NCBI GenBank assembly: GCA_950097015.1
Contig: CATNEN010000038.1
Coordinates: 34,410,001-34,474,000, forward strand
Source: Macrostomum hystrix
Lineage: Eukaryota; Animalia; Platyhelminthes
Length of the DNA: 64,000 nucleotides
Direction of reading: 5' to 3'
This document shows positions 46,341 through 58,300 of the stretch, piece after piece. The first letter of the stretch is position 1. Every line of letters starts with the position of its first letter. The position numbers and the translations under genes were made by a program. The notes below the pieces were generated by a model that saw only the letters and a program-made list of their open reading frames with translations, was not told the DNA's origin and ran no database searches.

Positions 46341-49300
46341 CTACTGATTCGGTCGTCTCAGACGCTGCCGCAGCCGCCGAAGCCGAGCGTCGCTGCCAGC
46401 TGGAAGGCCCTCGCTGCCAGAACGGCGGCCGCTGCGATGCATTTCTGACCACCGAACCTGGATCCGCACCACTGCCTGGATACAACAGGCTTGCCTGCAT
46501 GTGCCCCATCGGATATACGGGACTGCGATGCGAGCAGGGTCTGTGCTGCTTCTACACCCTCACTTCCCTTTCTGTACGCTCTCACTTCTCATTCTGTACA
46601 CCCTCACTTCCCTTTCTGTACGCTCTCACTTCTCATTCTGTACACCCTCACTTCCCTTTCTGTCCACCCTCGCTAACAGTTCTGTACACCCTCACTTCCC
46701 TTTCTGTACACCCTCACTTGCCTTTCTGTACACCCTCACTTCCCTTTCTGTACACCCTGACTTGCCTTTTTGTACACCCTCACTTCCCTTTCTGTACACC
46801 CTCCCTTCCCTCTTCTGTACACCCTCACTTCCCTCTTCTGTACACCCTACCTTCCCTCTTCTGTACACCCTCACTTCCCGAATCTGAACACCCTCACTTC
46901 CCTTTCTGTACACCCTCCCTTCCCTCTTCTGTACACCCACACTTCCCGAATCTGTACACCCTCCCTTCCCTCTTCTGTACACCCTCACTTCCCGAATCTG
47001 TACACCCTCCCTTCCCTCTTCTGTACACCCTCACTTCCCTTTCTGTCCACCCTCGCTAACAATATCTGTACACCCTCACTTCCTATTATGTACACCCTCA
47101 CTACCCATTCTGTACACCCTCACTACCAATTCTCAGACGACCTTTAAAATAAAGTGGTTTAATTATTACTTATAATAGTTTACAAGTAGGAGTATTTTGC
47201 AGACTTTTCGTCAAGGAAAATGTATGAGTTTGACGGTAATATCACCTCTGCCATTAGGTGTTTAGTTTCTTATCGGGCATATAGGCACAAGTTTCTACTG
47301 GCTTTTAACTAAAAATTAACACTGTCCCATTTTTTGGATAGAAGAAAAACATATTCCATATTCCATTAATCGATTGTTGACTACTAAGCAACAGAATGCC
47401 AAAAGCTGCTAATGTAAAATGCGAAAATGAACAAAATAATTCTAACTAGCTTCAGCGGATGTCAAATTTCGACTAATCTTTGTTATTCTTAAACATTTGA
47501 AGCGAATGTACTTATTTCTGCCCTAAAAAGGAGCCTTGAAAGATAACAGATGCGCTTGTATTATGTTACCAGCTAGCATTTGGAGATTTTCAAGTCAAAG
47601 CTAAATTAATCATCGGCATGACAATTCTCGCCAACCTGTCAGGCCCATCGCGTGGGTGTTCTCCCCTCTTGGGAATTAAATTTGACACCGCCGCTCTGTA
47701 GCTGCTCTAGCACGGACGAAGACGAGGAAAATGTAGATTGAAGTTCTTGAAAAGTTGAATCATTTTTATTGCGACACACACCCGCTCAGAATACAGTCGT
47801 ACTCATCAGTTTAAGAGTTTTAGATATTTAAGTTATTAAGCAAACTTGGCTTAATCAACTTGAAACAAAAATGATTTGACGCTGTGGACTGAAGTGTATA
47901 TCTAGATGTTGCTAAGTTAAGCAGAGCTCTAATCTTTATTGTTGGCGACGAGAAGTAAGTTCACAGTTATTGCTGAAATTAGACCACGACTAAAAACCTC
48001 AGTTAAATTTCAGAGAACCACACAGCTGAAAATGAGTTTGAGTAGAAACTAAGATGGGTGTGGCGGCTTCCTCAGTCCATGGACTGAAGAGCCGTACACA
48101 ACCCTTGAATGCGGTGCGAAATAGTTACGATTGTGTTTCTGGTTGTACATCTGGCCCAACTACTGGGGGTAATTCCTATCTATGCCTATTTCTAGCATTC
48201 AATCAACGGCATGCCCAGAGAGACAATAGTCTATGGCTGTCATTTGAATTGGCCGGACTAATAAAAACAAATAATTGCAGGGGGCTGGTGGCCATGGTAC
48301 TTTATTTATTGACCCGCAGCCAGCGAGGTAGCAATTTTGCCTAATTCGCTGACTCCTGAGCACACACACACACACAGAGATACTGTACGCAGGCATACGC
48401 TCAACTGTGTCTTGAAGGTTGGCCATCAAGAGCGTAAATTGCACGACAAGCCCCCAAGCTTTCTCTGCGCGGCTGCAAGCGCAAGGACAAACACGCTAAC
48501 CGCTCTGCTGCTCCCACCTTAAAACCTATTAATTTAAGAGGGCAACTTCAAATTCCCGGAGCTGCATGGCAACGGCTACATAGCTTTCGACCTGGACGCT
48601 GACAAACTTGGCCGCGCCAGCCTGGATATCGGCCTGGAGCTGCTGCCCCGCCTGTCAAACGGCCTTGTCCTGTACGCTGGCAGAGCCACGTCTTTCTTTG
48701 CTCTGCTGCTGCGAGACAGCAGACTGGAGCTGCGGTGAGCAATGTCGGCTTTCTGCTGGAGTATATCCACTTAAAATGCTCCAAAATACAGCGAGGTAGC
48801 AATGCTCCCAAATCGCGCATTAGCTAATTGCACCCTGAACACTGAATTACATCAGGTATGGATTGGTCAATACCTAAAACTTTTAGTACAGACGTTGATT
48901 CAAGTCTACGGATACGGAGCCCAATTGATCCATTGCACATCCGGTCATCAAATGACTGACGACTGGTGCGTGCACTATTCCCAAATAGAGAGAGAGAGGA
49001 GAGAGAGGCAGTTTTTACTTCTGCTCTAGGATTCATTGTTGTGATTCAACTGCAGATGGCTCAGGGCTTGTTGACAATAGCCAGGGTATTTTGCGCGCCC
49101 GTACGGTTTTAATATGGGTAATTTTCAGCGCGAATGTAACAATAAAATATTTTATTTATTGAGCAGTCTGCCTGAGCCTAAACGGGCAAAGCTGACATCT
49201 TAATGCGCTGGATTTTAATGCATTTTACTTCCTCAAATTTATTATCCCATTCCTATTGTTGTGACATTTTTTTCGCTAAAAACAGCGGGCAAACGTTATA

Positions 49301-52300
49301 GACTATGGCATTTTTGAATGGCTGACTCACTCTTGTCACGCGTGGAGGTAAACAGACTGACGATTTATCGCAAAGTCAATGATAAAAAGATAGAAAACGC
49401 TTTTTGAAGCCACGAGTATAGCGCTTCACGGTCTGACGCAGTCCAGATGTCTTGCAGGCTATAACTCTTAACGACTATCGTTCTAAGTATCTCGGCTGAC
49501 TGATGCGGTATCTTTCGGGTTCGTACCTCGGGATCAAATTAAGAAAGAACTCAAACACAGTTAGTTTTCTAATTAGTTAAATTAACGGAGCTCAAAGACA
49601 ACTCTCTAACAAAATCGCGGCGAAACATTTTTCCGCGCTCCACTCCGACTTATATCTTGTATGCAAATCTCTCCTTTCCGGGGAGGTGGCAAAACCTTAT
49701 CAACGGAGCGCTAGAGGTTTTGAGTTGAGTGAGGTCACAGCCTCGAGTTTAGTGGGGTCACAGCCCCGTTTCTAAGGAGTCCCCTTTATCTAGCGTTCAT
49801 TGTTTCCGTCCCTCCGTCGATCAGGTCTTCTTGTGCGGTCCCAGCCTCCTCCAGGTCTCGTCTCCAGATCGGGGCCCAGACAGGGCCCAGGCCGGCTCCG
49901 ATGTTGCAGGCAGGGCCGGGCCGGGTCGCGTCAGGCCGTGCCAGGTCAGGTTAGACCGGGCCGTGTCGAGTCGGGCAGGTCCAGGTCGGGTTAGGCCGGG
50001 CCGTGTCGAGTCGGGCAGGATCAGGTCGGGTTAGATCGGGCCGTGTCGAGTCGGGCAGGTCCAGGTCGGGTTAGACCGGGCCGTGTCGAGTCGGGCAGGT
50101 CCAGGTCGGGTTAGACCGGGCCGTGTCGAGTCGGGCAGGTCCAGGTCGGGTTAGACCGGGCCGTGTTGCGCTGAAATGAATGTGGGAACTCGGGGCGAGT
50201 CTTTATCGAATCTGTCTATTCTCAGCTGCTTGACCTCTAGGCTGTTGCTAAGTTTACCCCAGCTTGACGTGGCGTTTAGTGACGTTTCTCTTGTGGTTTG
50301 TCTATTGACGTCTGTCTCTAGACGCTACTTTAGTGACGTTTCTCTTGTGGTTTGTCTATTGACGTCTGTCTCTAGACGCTACTTTAGTGACGTTTCTCTT
50401 GTGGTTTGTATATTGACGTCTGTCTCTAGACGCTACTTTAGTGACGTTTCTCTTGTGGTTTGTCTATTGACGTCTGTCTCTAGACGCTACTTTAGTGACG
50501 TTTTTCTTGTGGTTTGTATATTGACGTCTGTCTCTAGACGCTACTTTAGTGACGTTTCTCTTGTGGTTTGTCTAGTGACGTCTGTCTCTAGACGCTACTT
50601 TAGTGACGTTTCTCTTGTGGTTTGTCTATTGACGTCTGTCTCTAGACGCTACTTTAGTGACGTTTCTCTTGTGGTTTGTCTATTGACGTCTGTCTCTAGA
50701 CGCTACTTTAGTGACGTTTCTCTTGTGGTTTGTATATTGACGTCTGTCTCTAGACGCTACTTTAATGACGTTTTTCTTGTGGTTTGTATATTGACGTCTG
50801 TCTCTAGACGCTACTTTAGTGACGTTTCTCTTGTGGTTTGTATATTGACGTCTGTCTCTAGACGCTACTTTAGTGACGTTTCTCTTGTGGTTTGTCTAGT
50901 GACGTCTGTCTCTAGACGCTACTTTAGTGACGTTTCTCTTGTGGTTTGTCTATTGACGTCTGTCTCTAGACGCTACTTTAGCGACGTTTTTCTTGTGGTT
51001 TGTATATTGACGTCTGTCTCTAGACGCTACTTTAGTGACGTTTCTCTTGTGGTTTGTCTAGTGACGTCTGTCTCTAGACGCTACTTTAGTGACGTTTCTC
51101 TTGTGGTTTGTCTATTGACGTCTGTCTCTAGACGCTACTTTAGTGACGTTTCTCTTGTGGTTTGTCTATTGACGTCTGTCTCTAGACGCTACTTTAGTGA
51201 CGTTTCTCTTGTGGTTTGTATATTGACGTCTGTCTCTAGACGCTACTTTAATGACGTTTTTCTTGTGGTTTGTATATTGACGTCTGTCTCTAGACGCTAC
51301 TTTAGTGACGTTTCTCTTGTGGTTTGTCTATTGACGTCTGTCTCTAGATGCTACTTTAGTGACGTTTCTCTTGTGGTTTGTATATTGACGTCTGTCTCTA
51401 GACGCTACTTTAGTGACGTTTCTCTTGTGGTTTGTCTATTGACGTCTGTCTCTAGACGCTACTTTAGTGACGTTTCTCTTGTGGTTTGTCTATTGACGTC
51501 TGTCTCTAGACGCTACTTTAGTGACGTTTCTCTTGTGGTTTGTCTATTGACATCTGTCTCTAGACGCTACTTTAGTGACGTTTCTCTTGTGGTTTGTATA
51601 TTGACGTCTGTCTCTAGACGCTACTTTAGTGACGTTTCTCTTGTGGTTTGTCTATTGACGTCTGTCTCTAGACGCTACTTTAGTGACGTTTCTCTTGTGG
51701 TTTGTATATTGACGTCTGTCTCTAGACGCTACTTTAGTGACGTTTCTCTTGTGGTTTGTCTAGTGACGTCTGTCTCTAGATGCTACTTTAGTGACGTTTC
51801 TCTTGTGGTTTGTCTATTGACGTCTGTCTCTAGACGCTACTTTAGTGACGTTTCTCTTGTGGTTTGTCTATTGACGTCTGTCTCTAGACGCTACTTTGGT
51901 GACGTTTCTCTTGTGGTTTGTCTAGTGACGTCTGTCTCTAGACGCTACTTTAGTGACGTTTCTCTTGTGGTTTGTCTATTGACGTCTGTCTCTAGACGCT
52001 ACTTTAGTGACGTTTTTCTTGTGGTTTGTATATTGACGTCTGTCTCTAGACGCTACTTTAGTGACGTTTCTCTTGTGGTTTGTCTATTGACATCTGTCTC
52101 TAGACGCTACTTTAGTGACGTTTCTCTTGTGGTTTGTATATTGACGTCTGTCTCTAGACGCTACTTTAGTGACGTTTCTCTTGTGGTTTGTCTATTGACG
52201 TCTGTCTCTAGACGCTACTTTAGTGACGTTTCTCTTGTGGTTTGTATATTGACGTCTGTCTCTAGACGCTACTTTAGTGACGTTTCTCTTGTGGTTTGTC

Positions 52301-55300
52301 TAGTGACGTCTGTCTCTAGATGCTACTTTAGTGACGTTTCTCTTGTGGTTTGTCTATTGACGTCTGTCTCTAGACGCTACTTTAGTGACGTTTCTCTTGT
52401 GGTTTGTCTATTGACGTCTGTCTCTAGACGCTACTTTGGTGACGTTTCTCTTGTGGTTTGTCTAGTGACGTCTGTCTCTAGACGCTACTTTAGTGACGTT
52501 TCTCTTGTGGTTTGTCTATTGACGTCTGTCTCTAGACGCTACTTTAGTGACGTTTTTCTTGTGGTTTGTATATTGACGTCTGTCTCTAGACGCTACTTTA
52601 GTGACGTTTCTCTTGTGGTTTGTCTAGTGACGTCTGTCTCTAGACGCTACTTTAGTGACGTTTCTCTTGTGGTTTGTCTATTGACGTCTGTCTCTAGACG
52701 CTACTTTAGTGACGTTTCTCTTGTGGTTTGTCTATTGACGTCTGTCTCTAGACGCTACTTTGGTGACGTTTCTCTTGTGGTTTGTCTAGTGACGTCTGTC
52801 TCTAGACGCTACTTTGCATGATCTTTGCATTCTAAATTTGACAGCTACGACACAGGACACGGCAGTGTGTCAGTGCTGAGTCACCCGGAGCCCTTATCTC
52901 TCCGCACCTGGCATACGGTGTCGCTTCACCGCTCTGCCGACTTCGCCTGGCTGCAGGTGAATGAGAGCCGGCGCGAACATCGGGATTCGCCTGGAAGATC
53001 AGGCTTAATCCGGTCGGTTGCTGGAAATGCAAAAGCTGCGGTAAGATTTCTTATTCAAGTCTATTCGAAAGTAAGCCCTTCTGAGTAGTGGCAGAGTGGT
53101 CTATCAGGTTTTCCTCTCGTGCCGAGGGTCCTGAGCTCGATTACGTGGCCACATTTATTTGGGGCAAAGTCGGGAAAAGAAGGCTGGGGGGGCTTGTCGT
53201 GCAATTTATGTTGTTAAGGGCTGACCTCTTGGGCACAGTGAAAGTGTACACTGCCTGACGATGAGAAAGTCAGGGCAGATGTACACACCTGTGTGAGTGC
53301 ATTCTCAGGAGAAAGCAAATTGGACAGAATTGCCTCCTCGCTGGCTGCGGGTCTAATGTCACCAAATGATGTGCCATTGCCTGCAGCCCTCATACAATTA
53401 TTACGCTCATATTTTTTTATTAAGCTGTTCAGTTTAACCTGGTTCTGGTTCATGATTACAATTATAACAACCTGCTCGAAATCAGAAGCAGATATTGGAC
53501 GAATCTGCAGCTCGATTATTTCTATACGTCGCCGGTCTGCCTCGAAGTTATTCACCTGACGCTTCTGAGGCTGCCATCGCCGCTGCGTCCTCTAGCCGCG
53601 TCGGCTTGAACACTGACGCTGGTTTTGTCGGCTGCGTTGGCAACGTGAGCATCAGCGGACGCCTGCTCGACCCTCGGCTGCGACCGTTTCATGGCGACGC
53701 TGCTGGCGGTGTCAACGTGTGTGAGTCTCCTTGCGATTCAGAATCATCAGAAATTCGCAGTCACCCAAATTTTCCGTTTCAACATTGCCATAAACGCACG
53801 GCGTACATGCTGCGCAGGCTTTGAGTCTCTGAGTACAGTTGGCATTTTCTCTGGCCAAACTGCCATCGATCAATAACTGATCGGGTGCAATTTGTCTTCG
53901 CCAACTAATTGGAAAATGAAGCTGGGATCGGTGGTCGACCTAATTTCCGTTCCCGCTGCTCATGCTGTGCTCATATGAACAGGAAATCCCGTAAACCGTT
54001 CCGTCAACAAATTTTCTGGCAGACAGCTAGAAAAATCTAAGTTTGCCAACTATTCCCTACTGGCCGTTTCCTCTTATTTCACTTTTTTTGTCGAAATCTT
54101 GACTCGATTTCCTGTCTGTGACTGGTCTCCACTTTTGCACAGTCTCACTTTTAACCCAACGCTTCAAGCTGTGCGCGTTGTTCAACACCTCCCAGTGTAT
54201 TAAAATCCCCAATCCAGTTAGACTTCCTCTTAATTCCCAATTTCCCTCTGCGTGGCTTAGATTTCAAGCGGTGCTACGGGATATGGGAGCACTGTAGTGG
54301 GGTATCCGATTTCGTATGATGTTGACAATGTTGGAAGACTTGCTCAGCGTGGCTAGTCTCTGAGGAAGCCCGCGGAATCTAATAAGACCTCTTAAAAGAT
54401 GGTGCCATGATGGCGATTCTGAAATTATTTTGCCTTCCACAGATGATTGCGCGATGGCCACCTGCAATCATCATCGGTGCATGAATCGCGGCCAGTGCAA
54501 AGTACTGCGACCACCAGACCAGTACATGTGTCTCTGCGAGAACACAACAGGACCCTACTGCCAGAGCCCAGTTGCAGGTGAATAATCTTATGAGCAATGT
54601 CAAATGCGACAGGGCCGACAAATGCAGTAACGATTGTTGCAAGGCACGGTTTTTTGTGACCTCGCCCGCAGAGCGCATCTGGGCACCCAGCTTCGATGGC
54701 AGCGCTCACCTGACCCTGCGCAGCGGCGCTGGTCTTCGGCGTACCTCACGCTCCAGAACTGACATTCGCCTGACATTTCGCGCTGAACAGCCGGACGGCC
54801 TGCTCCTCTACGCCGGCTACAGTCAAGATCGTCGAGGCGACTTCGTCGCCGTCGGCCTGCACCAGCAACGCGTGGTGGCAGCCTTCGATCTGGGCAGCGG
54901 ATCTGTTGTTATCAGGTACTGAGTACGCGATGTTGCAGTTGTTTCCTTCGGAATTCAGCGTTTATTAGAATCAATACTTTTTCGTGACGACCTATAGCCA
55001 AATTATGACCTAAATAGACACTCAAATGCGATCAAATTAGACCCTCAACAGCGACCACATTAGACACTCAACAGCAACCACATTAGACACTCAACATGCA
55101 GCGACCACATTAGACACTCAACAGCGATCAAAGTGGACCCTCAACAGCGACCAAAGTAGATCCTCAACAGCCAAAAAATTGGACCCTCATCAGCGACCAA
55201 AGTAGACCCTCATCAGCGATCAAAGTAGACCCTCAACAGCGACCAAAGTAGATCCTCAACAGCGACCAAAGTAGACCCTCATCAGCGACCAAAGTAGACC

Positions 55301-58300
55301 CTCATCAGCGACCAAAGTAGACCCTCATCAGCGATCGAAGTAGATCCTCAACAGCGACCAAAGTAGACCCTCATCAGCGACCAAAGTAGACCCTCATCAG
55401 CGACCAAAGTAGACCCTCATCAGCGATCAAAGTAGACCCTCATCAGCGATCAAAGTAGACCCTCATCAGCGACCAAAGTAGACCCTCATCAGCGATGAAG
55501 CTTAATAACTAAGCTTTCACGTAATAAAATGTTGTATCAATGTTACGATATAAAAGATTACAGCCATGCCAATAGTTTTTTACTGTTACAAACGCTGACA
55601 AAATTCAAATTACCTTTCTATCAGTACTATTTTCTCAGAACAACAGCATTGAATAATTTACACTGTAGACAGTCAGACAAGCCTTTAGTTGCCTTAGTTA
55701 ATATACTGTACACACAATTAGGTTAAGATATCCCTTGCATTATAGCTACTGAGTTTCATAACTGATCACCTGTCATTTCCAGCATCGTGTTAAGATGTTA
55801 ATCTGGGTTTGGTTGGCGTATATCTGAAAAAATTTCAATTTTTTAGAATCAGCCTTTTTGTTTTGAAATGACTCTTATTTTGTTGCCTTAAACATACGAG
55901 CCGAGCCGTACGCTCTTTATGCGTACGCGGATTCAGTTTATTCTACCAGGCACACACAAGCGTATCTTATAACTTATTGTCAATTGTCACCAATCGTCGA
56001 CAATCGTTGAATATCTGGACGATGCCGAAGTTTTGTGATTCTAGAAGTTGTTTCATTGAATAGTGCGGAGAATTTTCACCCATGAAATAAAAAAAACGAA
56101 ACTTTGGTGAAACGAAAACTTAGAAAAGAATAACTAAAAATCTTAAATATGCTGAGAAGTTCAGGAACACAGTTTCAGGAAATTACAGAATTTCAAGAAA
56201 CTACACCCTTTTCGGGAGATTACTAAATTACGGAAAATTACAGAATTTCAAGAAATTGCAGAATTTAATAAAACTACACCATTTCAGGAAATAAAAAAAT
56301 CCGGAAAAGTCCTTCCCTGACTTTTACTCCGCAGGAGTCGACGACGGATCCAGCTTCACCGATGGACCACCGTTGTCTTCAGCCGGCTGGGCAGGCGGGG
56401 CCGTCTCCGGGTGTCCGGCCAGACAGATTCAGCTGAGGGCTACTCACCAGGAGGCCTAGTGCAGCTCACAGTTCAGCTGGACACTTTCCTTGGCGGCCTC
56501 GGCGACTACGACCTCGCGGCTGCCGCTCTGCCGGTGCGGCAAAACTTTGTAGGCTGCCTGCACGAGGTGAGCCAGCGATTGCGGGTGAGCGTGGAACAGG
56601 TGACAGAAGGATTGTGCTTATCAGAACAGGTGACAGAAGGATTGTGCTTATCAGAACAGGTGACAGAAGGGTTGTGCTTATCAGAACAGGTGACAGAAGG
56701 ATTGTGCTTATCAGAACAGGTGACAGAAAGATTGTGCTTATCAGAACAGGTGACAGAAAGATTGTGCTTATCAGAACAGGTGACAGAAGAATTGTGCTTA
56801 TCAGAACAGGTGACAGAAGTATTGTGCTTATCAGAACAGGTGACAGAAGGATTTTGCTTATAAGAACAGGTGGCAGAATGGATATTGTTGCTTGAACAGG
56901 TAAAGAAATGGTTATTGTTGCTTGAACAGGTAACGAAATGGTTATTGTTGCTTGAACAGGTAACGAAATGGTTATTGTTGCTTGAACAGGTGACGAAATG
57001 GTTATTGTTGCTTGACTTATATTTTGAAAGTTATTGCCGACTAGAAAACACGAAAGTTTTAATTCAATTGAAATCGCGTGCTGGAAATAGGCTATTGTCG
57101 TTAACAGCAAATCGTGTTTGGTGTGACTATTTTTTTCATAAATATTCAGCAATCCCAAATTCTCACACTGTTCCCGACACAAAAATTAAGAGAATTTCCA
57201 TCATAGACGAAGACCCACCGGGTGCATGTGGAGTCGGTTCCCCCCAGGGGGCCTAGGGCTTTGAAAAATCCTCATTCCTTTGATGCCCCCAAGGCGTTTG
57301 CACGAATCCACTTTTGGTTTTGATTTCCAATTAGATTGGGGAGTCTGGAATATACAGCTGTGGGGTGTTTGGGAATTATTTCTGCCCATATTTATATTTT
57401 GCCCCAAAAACACTCCCCCTATTCCTCAAATTGGCAGCCGCAGTAATGCAATTATGCTAATAATTTTGATTCCAAATGAGCAAAGACAAATCTATTTCTA
57501 CTTATTCATATTCTCTGTCACAAAGTTGTTGTCAAGATGAAGCAGAGGCAAGCCTATAGCTTAATGAAGAGAGCTTTGCTTCTTGTCTCTAAAGTCCATA
57601 TTGTGTTTGTACTAGAAGACTTTGAGCAGCTAATTATGAATTGAAGCATTATTAAAAAAATACCTCCTGGGTTGACTGTGGCGCTGACGATTGACGACCC
57701 GAAGCTAGCGAGGAGACATTTCTGTCCATACCGCTGACACTTATGCTCACAAAAATGATAGTAGTACAAAAATACTTGATTACAGTCCCAAGTGATCCAG
57801 GTGTACAGCCGACAGCACAGCCGCAGCGATTGCACGGAGCTGTTCAGTCCATGGACTTGACCCACCACTAGCCCAGCTAATGTTGGTACCCATTTACGAG
57901 TAACTGCTGGGTGAACTCCAGCAGTTCAGAGTTCTTAAAACAGTTCTTTTAAGGCAGTATGGCTTTTCATCGAATTATCCCAACAAAATAATCTCTTTCA
58001 CTATTCCAGGTATCCTTCGGTGAACTCGGGCGAGCTGAATTTCCACGCGACATCAAGTCGAGCGTGAATGTCCGACAGTGCCTCAATTTCACCTGCAACG
58101 GTGCCATAGACTATCACGGCGGCAGTCAAGGCTACTGCGGTCGCGGCGGCGACTGCGTTCTGCTGGACGATCGCGGCAGATTCGGCTGCCAGTGTTGGCT
58201 AGGATTTTCAGGCGAACAGTGCGAAAAATGTGAGGAGTTTTATCCCTGCAGTACTGGGGATCAGTGATTTCTCTAAATTTAGGAATTGGAAATATAATAA

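Noticed and set aside
50176-52821. 881-aa ORF
   Set aside because: Translation of a 54-bp (3n) stop-free satellite inside a LamG-gene intron whose flanking exons splice in phase without it.
54261-54320. Possible extra exon in the EGF-LamG gene
   Set aside because: The in-phase frame hits a stop, and exons 53720 and 54443 join correctly without it.
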